Assembly (NCBI RefSeq): GCF_000142905.1
Contig: NW_013657663.1
Span: forward strand, 434,001 to 498,000
Direction: 5' to 3'
DNA from: Thecamonas trahens ATCC 50062
Lineage: Eukaryota > Protista > Apusomonadida
DNA length: 64,000 nucleotides
In this document: positions 21,139 through 31,805 of the stretch, in pieces
How the letters are laid out: each line of letters starts with the position of its first letter
Numbering within the stretch: position 1 is the first letter of the stretch
Notes under the pieces: generated by a model
Told to the model about the DNA's origin: nothing
Seen by the model: only the letters and a program-made list of their open reading frames with translations
Databases searched by the model: none
Program-made: the position numbers and the translations under genes

Positions 21139-23027
21139 TTCTCATGCCAATATGCCGCTCGATACGTCTCCGCTCACCGGCGAGTGCGGCGCGCAAGCGC
21201 CGCTCTCGCCGGCGCGCGCAGGCGCGAGGGCGCGTCTTTTGCCGCGCTTTAGCAGGCAGCGTTTTGCTACGGCTCGCTGTCGGCGCAGATCTGGGGCCGC
21301 GGCGGCGATGGCGACGGCGGCGGCGGCGGCAGCAGCCTTGGCCTCGGCAGGGTCGGGTCGGCACGTCGCGCGGCGGGCCCGAGCCCGGCGCAGAGTCGGC
21401 AGCGCTGTGCGAGGCAGGGGAGGGGTGCGTCGAGGTCGACGGGCCCGACGGGCCCGACGCCGACGCGCTACTGTCGCGGGCTTCAGGTCCGCAGCTCTGC
21501 GACGAGTTCCACTCGCCCGGCCCGGGCGGCCCAGCAGCGCCCGTGTTGAACGGGAACGGCAGCGGCTCGCCGCGGCGAGGGCCTGATGAGACAAAGATGA
21601 GCGGGCGGCATGCCTTCTCGCGGTACATAAGCGAGGAGTTTTGAAAGTGCGCAATGAGGGCGGCCTTGCCCTGGATGCGCGCAGGCGAGATGGCGCAGAC
21701 CTTGAACGAGTTGAACGACGACCACTTGACGCCGTCAAACGCCTTCGCAAACGCCGCCACGGTCTGCGACTCGATAAAGTTGATGAACGCGTACCCGAGG
21801 TTGCACTTGTTCTTAAAGTCGATGGGCAGGTAGAAAAAGTCGTACGTGCCCTTGAACGACTTGTTGATCACCTCGAGCAGCGACGCCGCAGAGTGCTTGT
21901 TCGGAATGTTCCGCATCATCACCGTGTGGATGTCGGCAGAGTCGAGCGAGAGGTCCGGGTCCGGTTGCTCCGCCGCCCGCGGCCGCGCAGACGCCCGCAC
22001 CGCCCCGCGCCCGCCGCGCACCCCGCGCCGCCCGCCGCCCACATGGAGCTGCGCAGAGTACTTGGCGTACGACTTGCGCCCGGCAGCCCAGCCGGCCACG
22101 CTCTCCAGCCGCTGCTTGTGGAAGACCGCGTACGGGCCGGGGAAGATCATCGTCGAGAGGAGCGATGGCACAGGCTCGGAAGCGCCCTCGTACACAAACT
22201 TGAGCAGCGTCTGCCCAACCTCGGCAAAGTACGACCGCACCATCGGGTACTTGTAGCTCTGCCGGCAGATGTCGTTCGACGCAGACGGGTCTTCGATCGA
22301 AATGAGCTCCGGTCGCGACGGGTCCAGCCACCGCCGGATCGACTTGGGGAACAGATACCCGCCCTGCAGCACGGAAATCGCCTGCGTGTAGTCAAAGTCC
22401 AGCGAGTAGTACTGCAGAAACTGCGTGAGCCGCGCCCCAAGCACCATCCCAGACAGCGTCGCCGCGTCGCTCGCAGCCATTGGTCTCAGTTGCTCAAACG
22501 AGATGAGCATGAGAATGAGTGCGTGCGATGAGAGTCCTCCAGAAAACACCTGGTTGAGGTTGCTCTGCTTGAGGAACGTCTTGAGCACAAAGTACAGCGC
22601 CTTGAGCTCGGGAATGGCATACAGCGACTGCCGCACAAACGACACGTTCTCCACAGCTCCCAGCACGTCAAAGCAAATGTCTACCGTCAGCCGCGAGTAC
22701 GCCTCCACAAACTGTAGCAATGGAATCCGCGACGCCCCGCGGACCTGAACCTCGTCGTCCGTCGTGATCTCGTCTTGCACAAGCGCCTCCTTCAGCATTT
22801 CCAGTCGCACAGGTCCAAGCGTCATGTCCGTCCCAAGCACAACAAGGTCGATGTCAGAGTCAAACAGATACAACCCCGTCGCCACAGACCCGCACACAAG
22901 CACACGCGCCTCTGGCCAGAGCCCGACAACAACCTCGGTGATCCGCCCGATGATCTTGGCCCGCATCTGCTCCTCCGCCTTGGTTGCAGACACATGCTTG
23001 GAAAACTCTTCGATCTCCGCATGCAGT
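21139..23027 (-). CDS. Trf4/TENT4-type non-canonical poly(A) polymerase fused to a Mei2-like RRM (main exon; 3' end runs into the gap, 5' exons lie upstream)
   Basis: LHAEIEEF, GSVATGLYLFDSDIDLVV, VDICFD, LKTFLKQSNLNQVFSGGLSS, ISIEDP..NDICRQSY. In the same frame follows TVMMRNIPNK..YDFFYLPIDFKNKCNLGYAFINF..FNSFKVCAISPARIQGKAALIAHFQNSSLM..CRP. Acceptor CAG at 23030-23028. Confidence 0.9.
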
Positions 23028-23904
23028 CTGTTCACACATCACCCGCCAACCAGCACAGTCGTTGCCGTCATCGTCAACATCACCATCACCCACAGTGAGT
23101 CTCTCTTATCTACTTGAAACCCGCACCCGCCACTCCATCATCTCTTGGCCTGCTGCTCCCTTCCCTCCCTCGGCTCGGACCCGATCTCGCTCTGCACAGC
23201 GCTGTCTGTGGGGAGGGGAAGGACAAAAGAAAATGACACCGACAGGAGCAAAAACTTGCATGTCAGCCGTCGTCGTCACCACTCCCAGGCCACCAAGGTC
23301 AAGGCCACCAAGCATCACAGCGAACAGGCCTTGGCAGCAAACATGCCCAGGCGTTGTGCAGAGCTTAAAAGCAGAGGTTGGAGGTGTGATTGAAGGGTGA
23401 TGAACAACCACGACTATTCTCCCTGCTGCTCTCAAGAGCTGGGGAGAAAGAGAGAGAGAGAGCCCAAGAGGGAGGGAGGGGGGGGAAGCCGAGGGGGAAG
23501 GGGGAGCCAGCCAGCTGTCACATGGGAGGTTGCCGGTCAGCACACACAGGCGTAGCACAGGCGGTTGAAAGCTCCTACCCCCCTCACCATCACATCATCA
23601 CCATGGTGTATGACTTCCCCACAGGTGTAGGTCATTACAACAACACCAATGTGGCTCATGATGATGGTAGAGGGGGGGGGGGGGGGGAAGGGGGGGGGGG
23701 TCGGCCACGAGGGTGACGGCCAAGGAGCGACAACCAACCGGGGGAGGAAGGGAGAGGCAATGGTGGCCGTTCCAGGTGGCCAATGATAAAATCATTGACA
23801 AATAATGGTTGGACGGGGAGGGGGAAAGGGAGGGGGGGGGGGGGGGGGGCGGCTGGCTGGGGGGCGCTGGCTTGGCTTGGTGTGGCGCGGAGGCGACTGA
23901 GGGC

Positions 23905-24220
23905 GCCTGCAATTTTTGTCGACGTACGACTGAAAGGCCTCGACATGGTTAGAGGCCGGGTATGCAGACCTGGAGGCCCAAATGGCAGGAGCAGGACCAG
24001 GAGGGAGATGCTCAGAGGAAGTAGACGTTGTGTCTGGCTTGGCAGAGTTGGTTCCAGAGGGGGAGGCTTGGTTTGCTGGCGAAGACTCGAAGGTCACCTC
24101 TCGGTCGACTTGCTCGTCCACAGAGGTCGAAGCAACACCCGGCGAAGAGTTGGATGCCGAAGAGGGAGACGAAGAAGGAGATGAGCCAGGTGCGACGACA
24201 CCAGAAGGTGCTTCATCCAC
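23905..24220 (-). CDS. Probable upstream Ser/Pro-rich exon of the polymerase gene
   Basis: ATG-initiated low-complexity ORF (MDEAPSG...) on the same strand that runs into a C-tract typical of introns here. The splice path was not resolved. Confidence 0.4.
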
Positions 24221-24690
24221 ACTTGCTTCCCCTCCTTCTTTCTCTCCTCCTTTGCCCCCTTAAGCGGGTTGTTCGACCAGAATGACGCCGGGTCGCTCGC
24301 CACACCGCCGCCCTCGCCCGTCCTCTCGCTCGCCGCACTCATGGCTCAACCAACGAAAGACGAGTCTTGACCGTTTTTCTCGGAACGCCCTCTCCTTCTC
24401 GCCTCACCGTGGCACCCGGGCTACGGTTGCAGACCCCGCAGAGAGTTCACAGCAGTCGTATCCATCGTATCCACAGCTTGAGCACTCGGTGGTCATCGTC
24501 ATCACTTTGATTGCTAGCAGTTTGTGGCAGCATCGCTTGTTGCCTGCGTGGTGCGAGTGTTTTTGAGCACAATCGCTTCGTTGGGCTCGGCTCGGGCGAG
24601 GCATGCGAGGGAGAAATGGAGGCGGACAAGAGGCAAATGACAGAAGCTGTCTTCAATTTGAGTACACCATGGCGGGCGCCCAGGAGGCGG

Positions 24691-26549
24691 TTAGTCGCGC
24701 AGAATCTGGACAATGACAACAGTCATGTTGTCGCAGCCAGTTCCGGATATGGAGGGCGAAGGCGCCAGGCACTTCATCATGAGCTCCGAGCAGATGTTGA
24801 CGAGTTCCTCCTCGGTGGCGCGCTGCGGGATGCGCTCGCGGACAAAGTCGATGACCTGCTGCGAGGTCATGCAGTCCCAAATGCCATCACAGGCGACAAC
24901 AAAGAACTCGTCTTCGGGGGTGACGTCAAGGGCGAGGACGTCCGGCAGGGCGGTGACGGCCTGCTGCTCCGCAGGGAGCGACGAGTTCTGCTTGAACGCA
25001 TGGTCGCCGATCGCCCGCGAGAGCGCGAGCGAGCCGTTGACGCGCCCTAGCGACACAAAGCCGCCGGCGGCGGTGATCCGCGCCGACTCTTCCTTGTTGT
25101 CGGGCTTGTGGTCCTCCGACAGGGGCACGGCCGTACCGCCCCGTGAGAGCACCGCGCGCGAGTCACCGGCGTTGGCACAGTACAGCTTGTGGTCATCCAC
25201 GTTGATGGCCACCACCACAGAAGTCGCTCCTGACGGGTCGTTGGCCAGGAGCGGGTCATCAGAGTCGAGGATGTCCTGGTCCGTGCCCAGGAACCCGTTC
25301 TTGAACGCCTGCTCGTAGTTACCAGCCTTCCACTCTGGGTCCGACACCACACGCAGGTGCAGCGCCTCGCCGCAGTACTTAGAGACCCGCGAGCCGCCGT
25401 GCCCGTCAAACACCGCAAACATCGCCCATCCAGGCGCACCCTCGAGGCTCAGCAGCGCAGTCTCCGCGTCCTCCATGTGATTGCGCCATCCCTATCATCA
25501 ATCCCATCCGCACATCCATCCATGTCCCGAAGTGATCCCCATTGCGACCGACGCAGGTCGTCCAAGTGTGTTGCCGAGCGGCGAAGACAGACAGACACGC
25601 GCACGCGCACCACCAATAATATCAGCCCGACAGCCCCACACCAGACAGAGTCACACACACCAAACCATGCCATCACCATGAGTCTTGTCCAAACGTTTCA
25701 GTTGGCAGAAGGAGGGGAAGTGGGTGCCAGGCGAGGGGGGCTCACGCCATGCCCACTTGGGGACGACGTCAGCCCCCGAGAATAAGTCGGGCAAAAAGTG
25801 TTCAGGCGAGCGGAAGCGATACGCGAGGGGAGGGGGGGGGGGGGGGGGGGTGGAGGGGGAAGGGGAAGGGGGGAAAAGGGGAAGGGGGGAAGGGGGGAAG
25901 GGGGAGGGGGGAAAGGGGGGGGGGGGGAGGGGGAGGGACGCTGAAGGCAGCTTGGTGTGGTCTGTATAACCTGGTGTGGCGTGGTCAAAGCAGGAGCGGG
26001 GGTAGACGCGACAGGGAAGGCGGTGGAAGGGCACGACAGTCATAGTTGGTCGAGGATGGGGGCAACGATTAAAGCAACGTTTGCCATTGATTAACAGGTC
26101 AAAAGTAGAGGAACAGTCGTTCATCCAGGTTTCGGCAGGGGCCGAGAGAGGGGGGAAGGGCGAGCAAGGGGAAGAAGGAACTAACGTGTAGAGTTTGGAG
26201 CAATAGGACCAGATACCCATGGGCATGAAAAGGGGTGGCATGTATGTGGGAAGGTGGTCATGGGCTGTATCTGGTGCTCCCTGCTCTGTGGCTTTGGTAT
26301 GGCATAAGGTTGCATGGGAGGGAATGTGGCCCGCACCGCCACCCACCCACTCTCTCACTTGGCGCCCAGCAGCAGCAGCAGCGAGAGCAAGGCGCAAGGA
26401 GAGGGGGGGGGGAGGCACCCGCTGGCCAAGGGAGACAGCAATAAAAATCAACCACGTACCTGCATGGATGCTGAAGCAAAGATGAGCTGGTCACTCTGTC
26501 CAGAATGAGTCGTCTGCTCCGTCACGGGCTTGGAAAGAAGGGCGCCCAT
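24691..26549 (-). CDS. Protein phosphatase 2C (Ptc2/Ptc3-like); exons 26549-26460 and 25491-24691
   Basis: Exon 1 MGALLSKPVTEQTTHSGQSDQLIFASASMQ joins exon 2 GWRNHMEDA across a GTACGT..TAG intron, restoring SMQGWR. Also VFDGHGG, ANAGDSR, DHKP, LALSRAIGD, ACDGIWD, GCDNMT. Confidence 0.95.
25827..25936. repeat. G-rich purine tract (GGGGGAA-like units) inside the PP2C intron
   Basis: Directly visible G runs separated by A/AA. Confidence 0.8.
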
Positions 26550-27204
26550 GCCGGTTGGTGCTGGAGTCGGGTGCCGTCTTCTCCGGTCGCCGCTGCCGCG
26601 AACTCGTCGACGAGTCGTTGACGGAGCAACCAGGCCAGGCCAGGGGGCCGACTTGGTTGGATGGTAGTCTGATATGCTTCATCCGGAATCAATGATGGTA
26701 TAAAGTGGGTGAAAGGGGGAGGGGGGATGGTTGTGTGCGTGCATGTGCCTGTGCCTGTGTGTGTGTGTGTGTGTGGATTGATGATGTCGATGGTCATCGC
26801 TAGTGCCGGGCTCAATTGGCGAGACCGAGCTTGGCGCGGATGCGGATGCGGGAGGTGAGCGGGGGAGGGGGTGAATACGGTGTATGGATCCGATGCAGGG
26901 GATGGGTGTGGGGTTGGAGGGATCAGGCCGCCGATGTTACTGCATGGAGACGGTCGTGCTAGCGCGGGACCGACAGCATTGGATCTACCCGTGGTGCGGC
27001 CACGATCATAGCTTTGTCACTATCCTCATCCTCTCTCCCGCACCAGATTGTTGTCCAAAGCGCCCGTCATGGTCGTGGAGAGGAGCTCGGATCAGGTTCT
27101 GAGACAGCTTGAAGCAAGGGCTTGCTTGGCGAAGCGAACTCGTTTCGACCGGCTGGTGGCGTCGGACCGGCGACATGGGGGGGGGCGGCGAGTGGGAGAA
27201 AAAA

Positions 27205-27226
27205 GGCGCCAAATTCCGGCGCCAAA
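27205..27226 (-). promoter_or_regulatory. Tandem E2F-like sites (TTTGGCGCC x2)
   Basis: GGCGCCAAA at 27205-27213 and 27218-27226, 50-70 bp upstream of ATG 27274; matches the TTTSSCGC consensus. Confidence 0.4.
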
Positions 27227-27273
27227 TCTCGTTCATTGGGGACATTCAACGCTTCGGACACGCACGAGGGGAC

Positions 27274-29304
27274 ATGCCACGGACAGCGTCATACTACGCG
27301 GAAGCAAGCGGAGGACGACAGAGTAAGGCAACAGAGTTCTTCAACAAGCAAGCAGGCACATCTGGAGGGCGTGGTGTGGCCAAAGATGCTCTTGGTGGCG
27401 GAGCCGAGGCCGGAATGTGGACGGGAGCGGCGGGCGGGCGGACGCCGACCAAGTCGCGGAGTGTGGCGCCAAGAGGCGACACGGTCCGGGACGAGCTGCG
27501 GAGGGCAAGCAAGGCGAGGCTCGGGAGCGGCAGCGGAGGAGGAGGAGAGAGTACGGGTGGCTCGCTCAAGCTCGCGGAGCTTATGGAGGGCGACGAGGAC
27601 ATTGCTAGGGTGGTCAAGGCCGACGCGGTGTACGACAACCTGACGACCGACGAGTCGGCCATCATCGATGCGCGGGTGGCTCGTCAGCGGCATGCGTACA
27701 AAGAGTTCGAGAAGCGGGAAAAGGCGCTGAAGAACACCCGCGTCCGGCACATCCACCCGCACCTAACGGCGGCAGAGGTCGAGATCGCGTTGGTGCAGAC
27801 CGACGGCGACGAGGCCGAGGCTACGACCCGGCTCCTCGATCCAGTGTTTGTGGCCCAGGTCCGGCACGTCATTGCCGACGCATCGACAGTGTCGGAGCGG
27901 TCGGCCATTGCGGCGTACTACGAGTCGGTCCTCGCCACCGCGGCGCTCAAGATGGCGGTGCCCGGCGCGCTGAAGGCTGGGCGCGAGGCCGCGGCCAAGG
28001 AGGCCGAGGCCGCGGCGGCGAGGAAGGCGGCCAAGGAGGCGGCCAAGGCGCGGGCGGCGCCCAAGCGGACTACCTCCCAAGAGACCAAGGCCAAGACGGC
28101 CGAGTACCGGCGGCGGCTCAACCTCGACGCCGCGCTGGCGCAGGGCAACACCGAGGGGTGGTCGGCGGCGCGGGTCCACGCGTACGAGCAGATCGGAACG
28201 AACCCCAACGCGTACTACTACCGGTTCAACGCACCCGGCGAGAAGCAAGGCCGCGGCAAGTTTTCGGCCGAGGAGCACGCACTGTTCATGGCGCGCCTCG
28301 CCGAGGTCGGCGCCGCGGGCCAGTGGGGCATCTTCGCCATGGGCATTCCTGGCCGGGTCGGCTATCAGTGCGCCAACTACTACCGCCAGCTCATCGAGCG
28401 CGGCATCGTGTCGGACCCAGACTACGAAATTGACGACCTCGGCAAGGCGCACTACATCTCCAAGGGCAAGCGACTCATCCACTCGGCCAAGCGCAAGCGC
28501 AAGGTCGAGGCCATGGGCATGGACCCCGAGTCGCAGGCCGCGCGCGCCATCATCGAGGGTCGTGCTCCGCCCATCACCGAAGCCCGCCGCGACGCCAAGC
28601 GGCGCAAGCTACTCGAGGCTGCGCCAGCCGGCGAGACCCTCGGCCCGGCGCTCAACACCGCGGTCATCACGGTCACGTCGTCGCGCAAAAAGACTTCGGG
28701 CACGCGGCAGTCGGCCGAGGTCCTTGCTCGCGTGGCTCAAGCCAAGGCGACCAAGGCTGAGGCCAAGCGGCTGGCCCGCGCCGCCAAGGCCGCCGAGGCT
28801 GCACAGAAGCGCGCAGCCCGGGCAGCAGCCAAGGCGGCCCGCGACAAGGCCCGTGCCGAGGCCAAGGCCCGTGCGGCCGCCGAGCGGGCGGCGGCCAAGG
28901 CGGCCAAGGCAGCAGCCAAGGCGGCGGCGGCTGCCGCACGCAAGTCGTCGTCGGCCCGTCGCCGCCACCGACGCAAGGATGAGGACGACGACCCCGAGTC
29001 GTTTGTGTGGAAGCCTAGCACCGGATACTACTCGACCAAGCGGCTCCGCGGGCTCAACCCGGACACGCCGACCGAGCAGCTCGGCAACCCGCTGCCGGGC
29101 GTCCGCGACCCGGTGACGCTCGAGGAGGTCGAGTCGCCTGCCATGTCGCCGTTTGGACACGTCATGTCGCACTCGACCTGGCGCATGTGCCTCGCTGAGA
29201 AGCCCAAGTGCCCGTTCACTAACGCCCCGCTCACCCTCAAGGATCTTGTTGTCCTCACCCACGCCAACATCGAGGAGTTCCGCCCACGCATCGTCAACCT
29301 CTAG
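27274..29304 (+). CDS. Myb/SANT-like domain protein with an N-terminal UBA/CUE-like region and C-terminal U-box-like domain
   Basis: NPNAYYYRFNAPGE..FSAEEHALF..WGIFAMGIPGRVGYQCANYYRQL (Myb-like); DPVTLEEVESPAMSPFGHVM..W..CL..CPFT (U-box-like); HPHLTAAEVEIAL..GDEAEA (UBA-like). Alternative ATG at 27175. Confidence 0.8.
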   Translation: MPRTASYYAEASGGRQSKATEFFNKQAGTSGGRGVAKDALGGGAEAGMWTGAAGGRTPTKSRSVAPRGDTVRDELRRASKARLGSGSGGGGESTGGSLKLAELMEGDEDIARVVKADAVYDNLTTDESAIIDARVARQRHAYKEFEKREKALKNTRVRHIHPHLTAAEVEIALVQTDGDEAEATTRLLDPVFVAQVRHVIADASTVSERSAIAAYYESVLATAALKMAVPGALKAGREAAAKEAEAAAARKAAKEAAKARAAPKRTTSQETKAKTAEYRRRLNLDAALAQGNTEGWSAARVHAYEQIGTNPNAYYYRFNAPGEKQGRGKFSAEEHALFMARLAEVGAAGQWGIFAMGIPGRVGYQCANYYRQLIERGIVSDPDYEIDDLGKAHYISKGKRLIHSAKRKRKVEAMGMDPESQAARAIIEGRAPPITEARRDAKRRKLLEAAPAGETLGPALNTAVITVTSSRKKTSGTRQSAEVLARVAQAKATKAEAKRLARAAKAAEAAQKRAARAAAKAARDKARAEAKARAAAERAAAKAAKAAAKAAAAAARKSSSARRRHRRKDEDDDPESFVWKPSTGYYSTKRLRGLNPDTPTEQLGNPLPGVRDPVTLEEVESPAMSPFGHVMSHSTWRMCLAEKPKCPFTNAPLTLKDLVVLTHANIEEFRPRIVNL

Positions 29305-29322
29305 CTGCCTCCCGACCACGCT

Positions 29323-30393
29323 TCACCGGCCCATCATCCCGCCCATCATTCCACCCATCATCATGGCCATGATCTGCGACCGCATCTCCGCCGCCGCCGC
29401 CGCCACTTCCTCGCGCACAATGCTCCGGATGGCTGCCTCCTGCTCTTGTGTGAACGCCCCGCCGCCTACCGGCGCGGACACTGCCGGAGGCATGATCGGC
29501 CCACTGCTCGCCGCTGGCGGAACCGGCTGCGGCACGCGCCCGACAACCGCTTCCTGCTGCTCAACCATGCTGCGAAAGGCCTGCGCTTGCGCGCTCAGCT
29601 CGACACCATCGAGCAGGTGCGCAACAGCTGCACGGTCGACACCACCCGAAACAGGCTGCGGTGCTGCAGAGCCTGCCGTCACCGTCTCTACCGCCAGGGC
29701 GTCGACCGCACACAGCGACTTGATCCGCCGCCCCGCAATCGTCGCACGCACTACCTCGGCCCGTGGGCCCAGAGGTGGCGCGGTGTGGAGATAGAGCGCG
29801 TCAATGCCGGCCGCAACAATTCTGGCATCTGCTTCAGCAAGTGCGAGTTGCTCGCCACGCGACGACCCGGCGTACTGCCACTCGTCGACCTGCGCCCTGC
29901 GCGGCGCCGCACCCTCCGCCTCTCTGCTCCCAGGCATCTCGCTACTGCCGGCGATCTTCGCCATCAACGCCTCCATCGACGGCATTTCCCCACCATAGTC
30001 AAACGCTACACCACTACCCGAGTCAGACTCTACGGCAAGACCACCCGACGCACGTGGCCGGTCATGGCCGTCAAAACGAGTGCGGTCGTCAGCCGATGTC
30101 CGTCGCCTCACGTGCCACTCGATGACTCTACCGGAGGCCAGAAGCGAGCAAGCAGCGAGAGAGCCATGTTTGGGCATGAAAGTCAGGGAGCAGCGAGGTA
30201 GAGGACCATTCTCAACCGGTACCACTTTCCATACCATTCCCAGCTCTGTACGGAGCTGGAGAGTCCATGCCTCGGACGCTCGCACCTCGAGACCGTTCAC
30301 CTCTTGCACCGAGTTGGTCACCTCTACCACCGATACGCACTCCTCCACGACTGACACACTCTTCTGCACGCCATCGTCTACCACATCTGCCAT
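29323..30393 (-). CDS. Conserved hypothetical protein, PAAT/C10orf88-like
   Basis: ASGRVIEW..QYAGSSRGE and VDRAAVAHLL..LSAQAQAFRSMVEQQ resemble motifs I recall from C10orf88. The gene is well supported; the family call is tentative. Confidence 0.55.
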   Translation of the reverse strand: MADVVDDGVQKSVSVVEECVSVVEVTNSVQEVNGLEVRASEAWTLQLRTELGMVWKVVPVENGPLPRCSLTFMPKHGSLAACSLLASGRVIEWHVRRRTSADDRTRFDGHDRPRASGGLAVESDSGSGVAFDYGGEMPSMEALMAKIAGSSEMPGSREAEGAAPRRAQVDEWQYAGSSRGEQLALAEADARIVAAGIDALYLHTAPPLGPRAEVVRATIAGRRIKSLCAVDALAVETVTAGSAAPQPVSGGVDRAAVAHLLDGVELSAQAQAFRSMVEQQEAVVGRVPQPVPPAASSGPIMPPAVSAPVGGGAFTQEQEAAIRSIVREEVAAAAAEMRSQIMAMMMGGMMGGMMGR

Positions 30394-31628
30394 GCCACTG
30401 CTATTCGTCAGATCAAGAGAAAGGTGTACTGCTGGAATTGTTATCTGCTGCTTTGGGAGCGGGTACCGGTGAAGGTGGCTAGCCTTCTCTGCCGTGGGAT
30501 CGATCCCTCCTGCCTCGAGCTACAAGGACGTGTGTGTATGGGGGGGTAGGGATCGTGATCGTACGCCCCTCCCCCCCCCCCCCCCCGACTGATAGGTCCG
30601 ATGGCTACAAGTAGCCGGTTGACATCGAGTGCTGTGCATATGTTGTTGATCGCTTGTGCTCTGGCCAGGAGCCCGCGGACTTGGCAGAAGCAGAGTGTAC
30701 ACATTGGGTGCCCCTCCCCCCTCCATCGCAGCTTGCCATCATGCGCTCGATGCTCACAATCACCTGGCCAACAATGATGTTATCTCTTACACATCCGATC
30801 ATCATGGCGTATACCGTTCCATGGGCGAGACCCCACAACGAGACGGTGCCATGATCGTATGCGCGAGAGCGAGTACCTGGTTGTGAGCAACCACATCGCT
30901 CCTTCGCACCTCGACCATCGCCTCCGATGGTCAAAGCATGCGACTAGCAACAACCGAGTCCTCCATAACACATTACCATCGCATCCAGCATGACCATGTT
31001 CTGGTGCGAGGTCGGAACCATCGGGATGGGGTAGGTGTGCCGGGAGACACGACCAGAGAGGCTAAAGTCAGCGCTCTTGGCATGGCGGCCGTCGGTGGAG
31101 AAGATGATGTGGGACGAGTTGAGGACACATTGCGACACGCATCTTACGTGGACATATGTCTGGGCGAGACCGAGCTATTGCAGCACTGGTGGACCTTGAA
31201 AGAGATGATGAGGTTGTCAAGATTCTCATCATTGTCGGCGTGTTCCCGTCGATGGTGGTGTGCAGGCTTTCGGCGGAGATGATGAGCCAGGCAAACCGGA
31301 TCACTGCAAACCGGACGGCAGGCTTGCCAGATGACACAGACAAGAGCCACGAGCCACCAGATCTGACCTGCCAGAACGCTTCGCTCCTCGACCATCATCA
31401 CGTCGACGAAGAACTTTGAGTGTTTGGAGATGATGTGGATGACTCGCTCACCTGTCGTTTGATGAACAGAAAACCATCGAGTGAGCGATGACGGCAGCGG
31501 CGAGTCAACGGACAAAGACTCAACTGTCCATGGGAGCCGGGTGCCGCAAAGGACCAAGGGGAGGAGAGGATGGGTTTGAAGGCGTTGGAGTAGGGATGGG
31601 AGGGCGGGCGAATGGGGTTGGGGCCTCT

Positions 31629-31673
31629 GGTGGTGGTGGTGGTGGTGGTGGTGGTGGTGGTGGTGGTGGTGGT
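31629..31673. repeat. (GGT)15 trinucleotide repeat with degenerate flanks
   Basis: Directly visible. Confidence 0.95.
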
Positions 31674-31805
31674 TCTGGTTCTGGTGGTGGTACTTCGGGA
31701 CACGGTGGTGGTCATGGTGGTGGTCATTCTGGTCGAGGTCGTCGAGGTGGTGGTGGTAGGGGGTATGGAGAAGATGGTTGGTATGGTGATGGTACAGGAT
31801 TGGGA

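Noticed and set aside
20420-21400. C-terminal tail of the polymerase across the gap
   Set aside because: Sequence next to the N run is likely low quality; frame and stop cannot be trusted.
26103-26126. AGAGGAACAGT resembling LSU rRNA near the sarcin-ricin loop (possible snoRNA guide)
   Set aside because: Only about 11 nt, with no convincing C/D boxes in the right positions.
30394-31487. Small ORFs between the PAAT-like and F-box genes
   Set aside because: No recognisable motifs; no gene model could be assembled.
31488-31805. Poly-Gly/RGG N-terminus on the F-box protein
   Set aside because: Derives from a (GGT)n microsatellite and G-rich DNA typical of introns and UTRs here; probably not coding, though not excluded.
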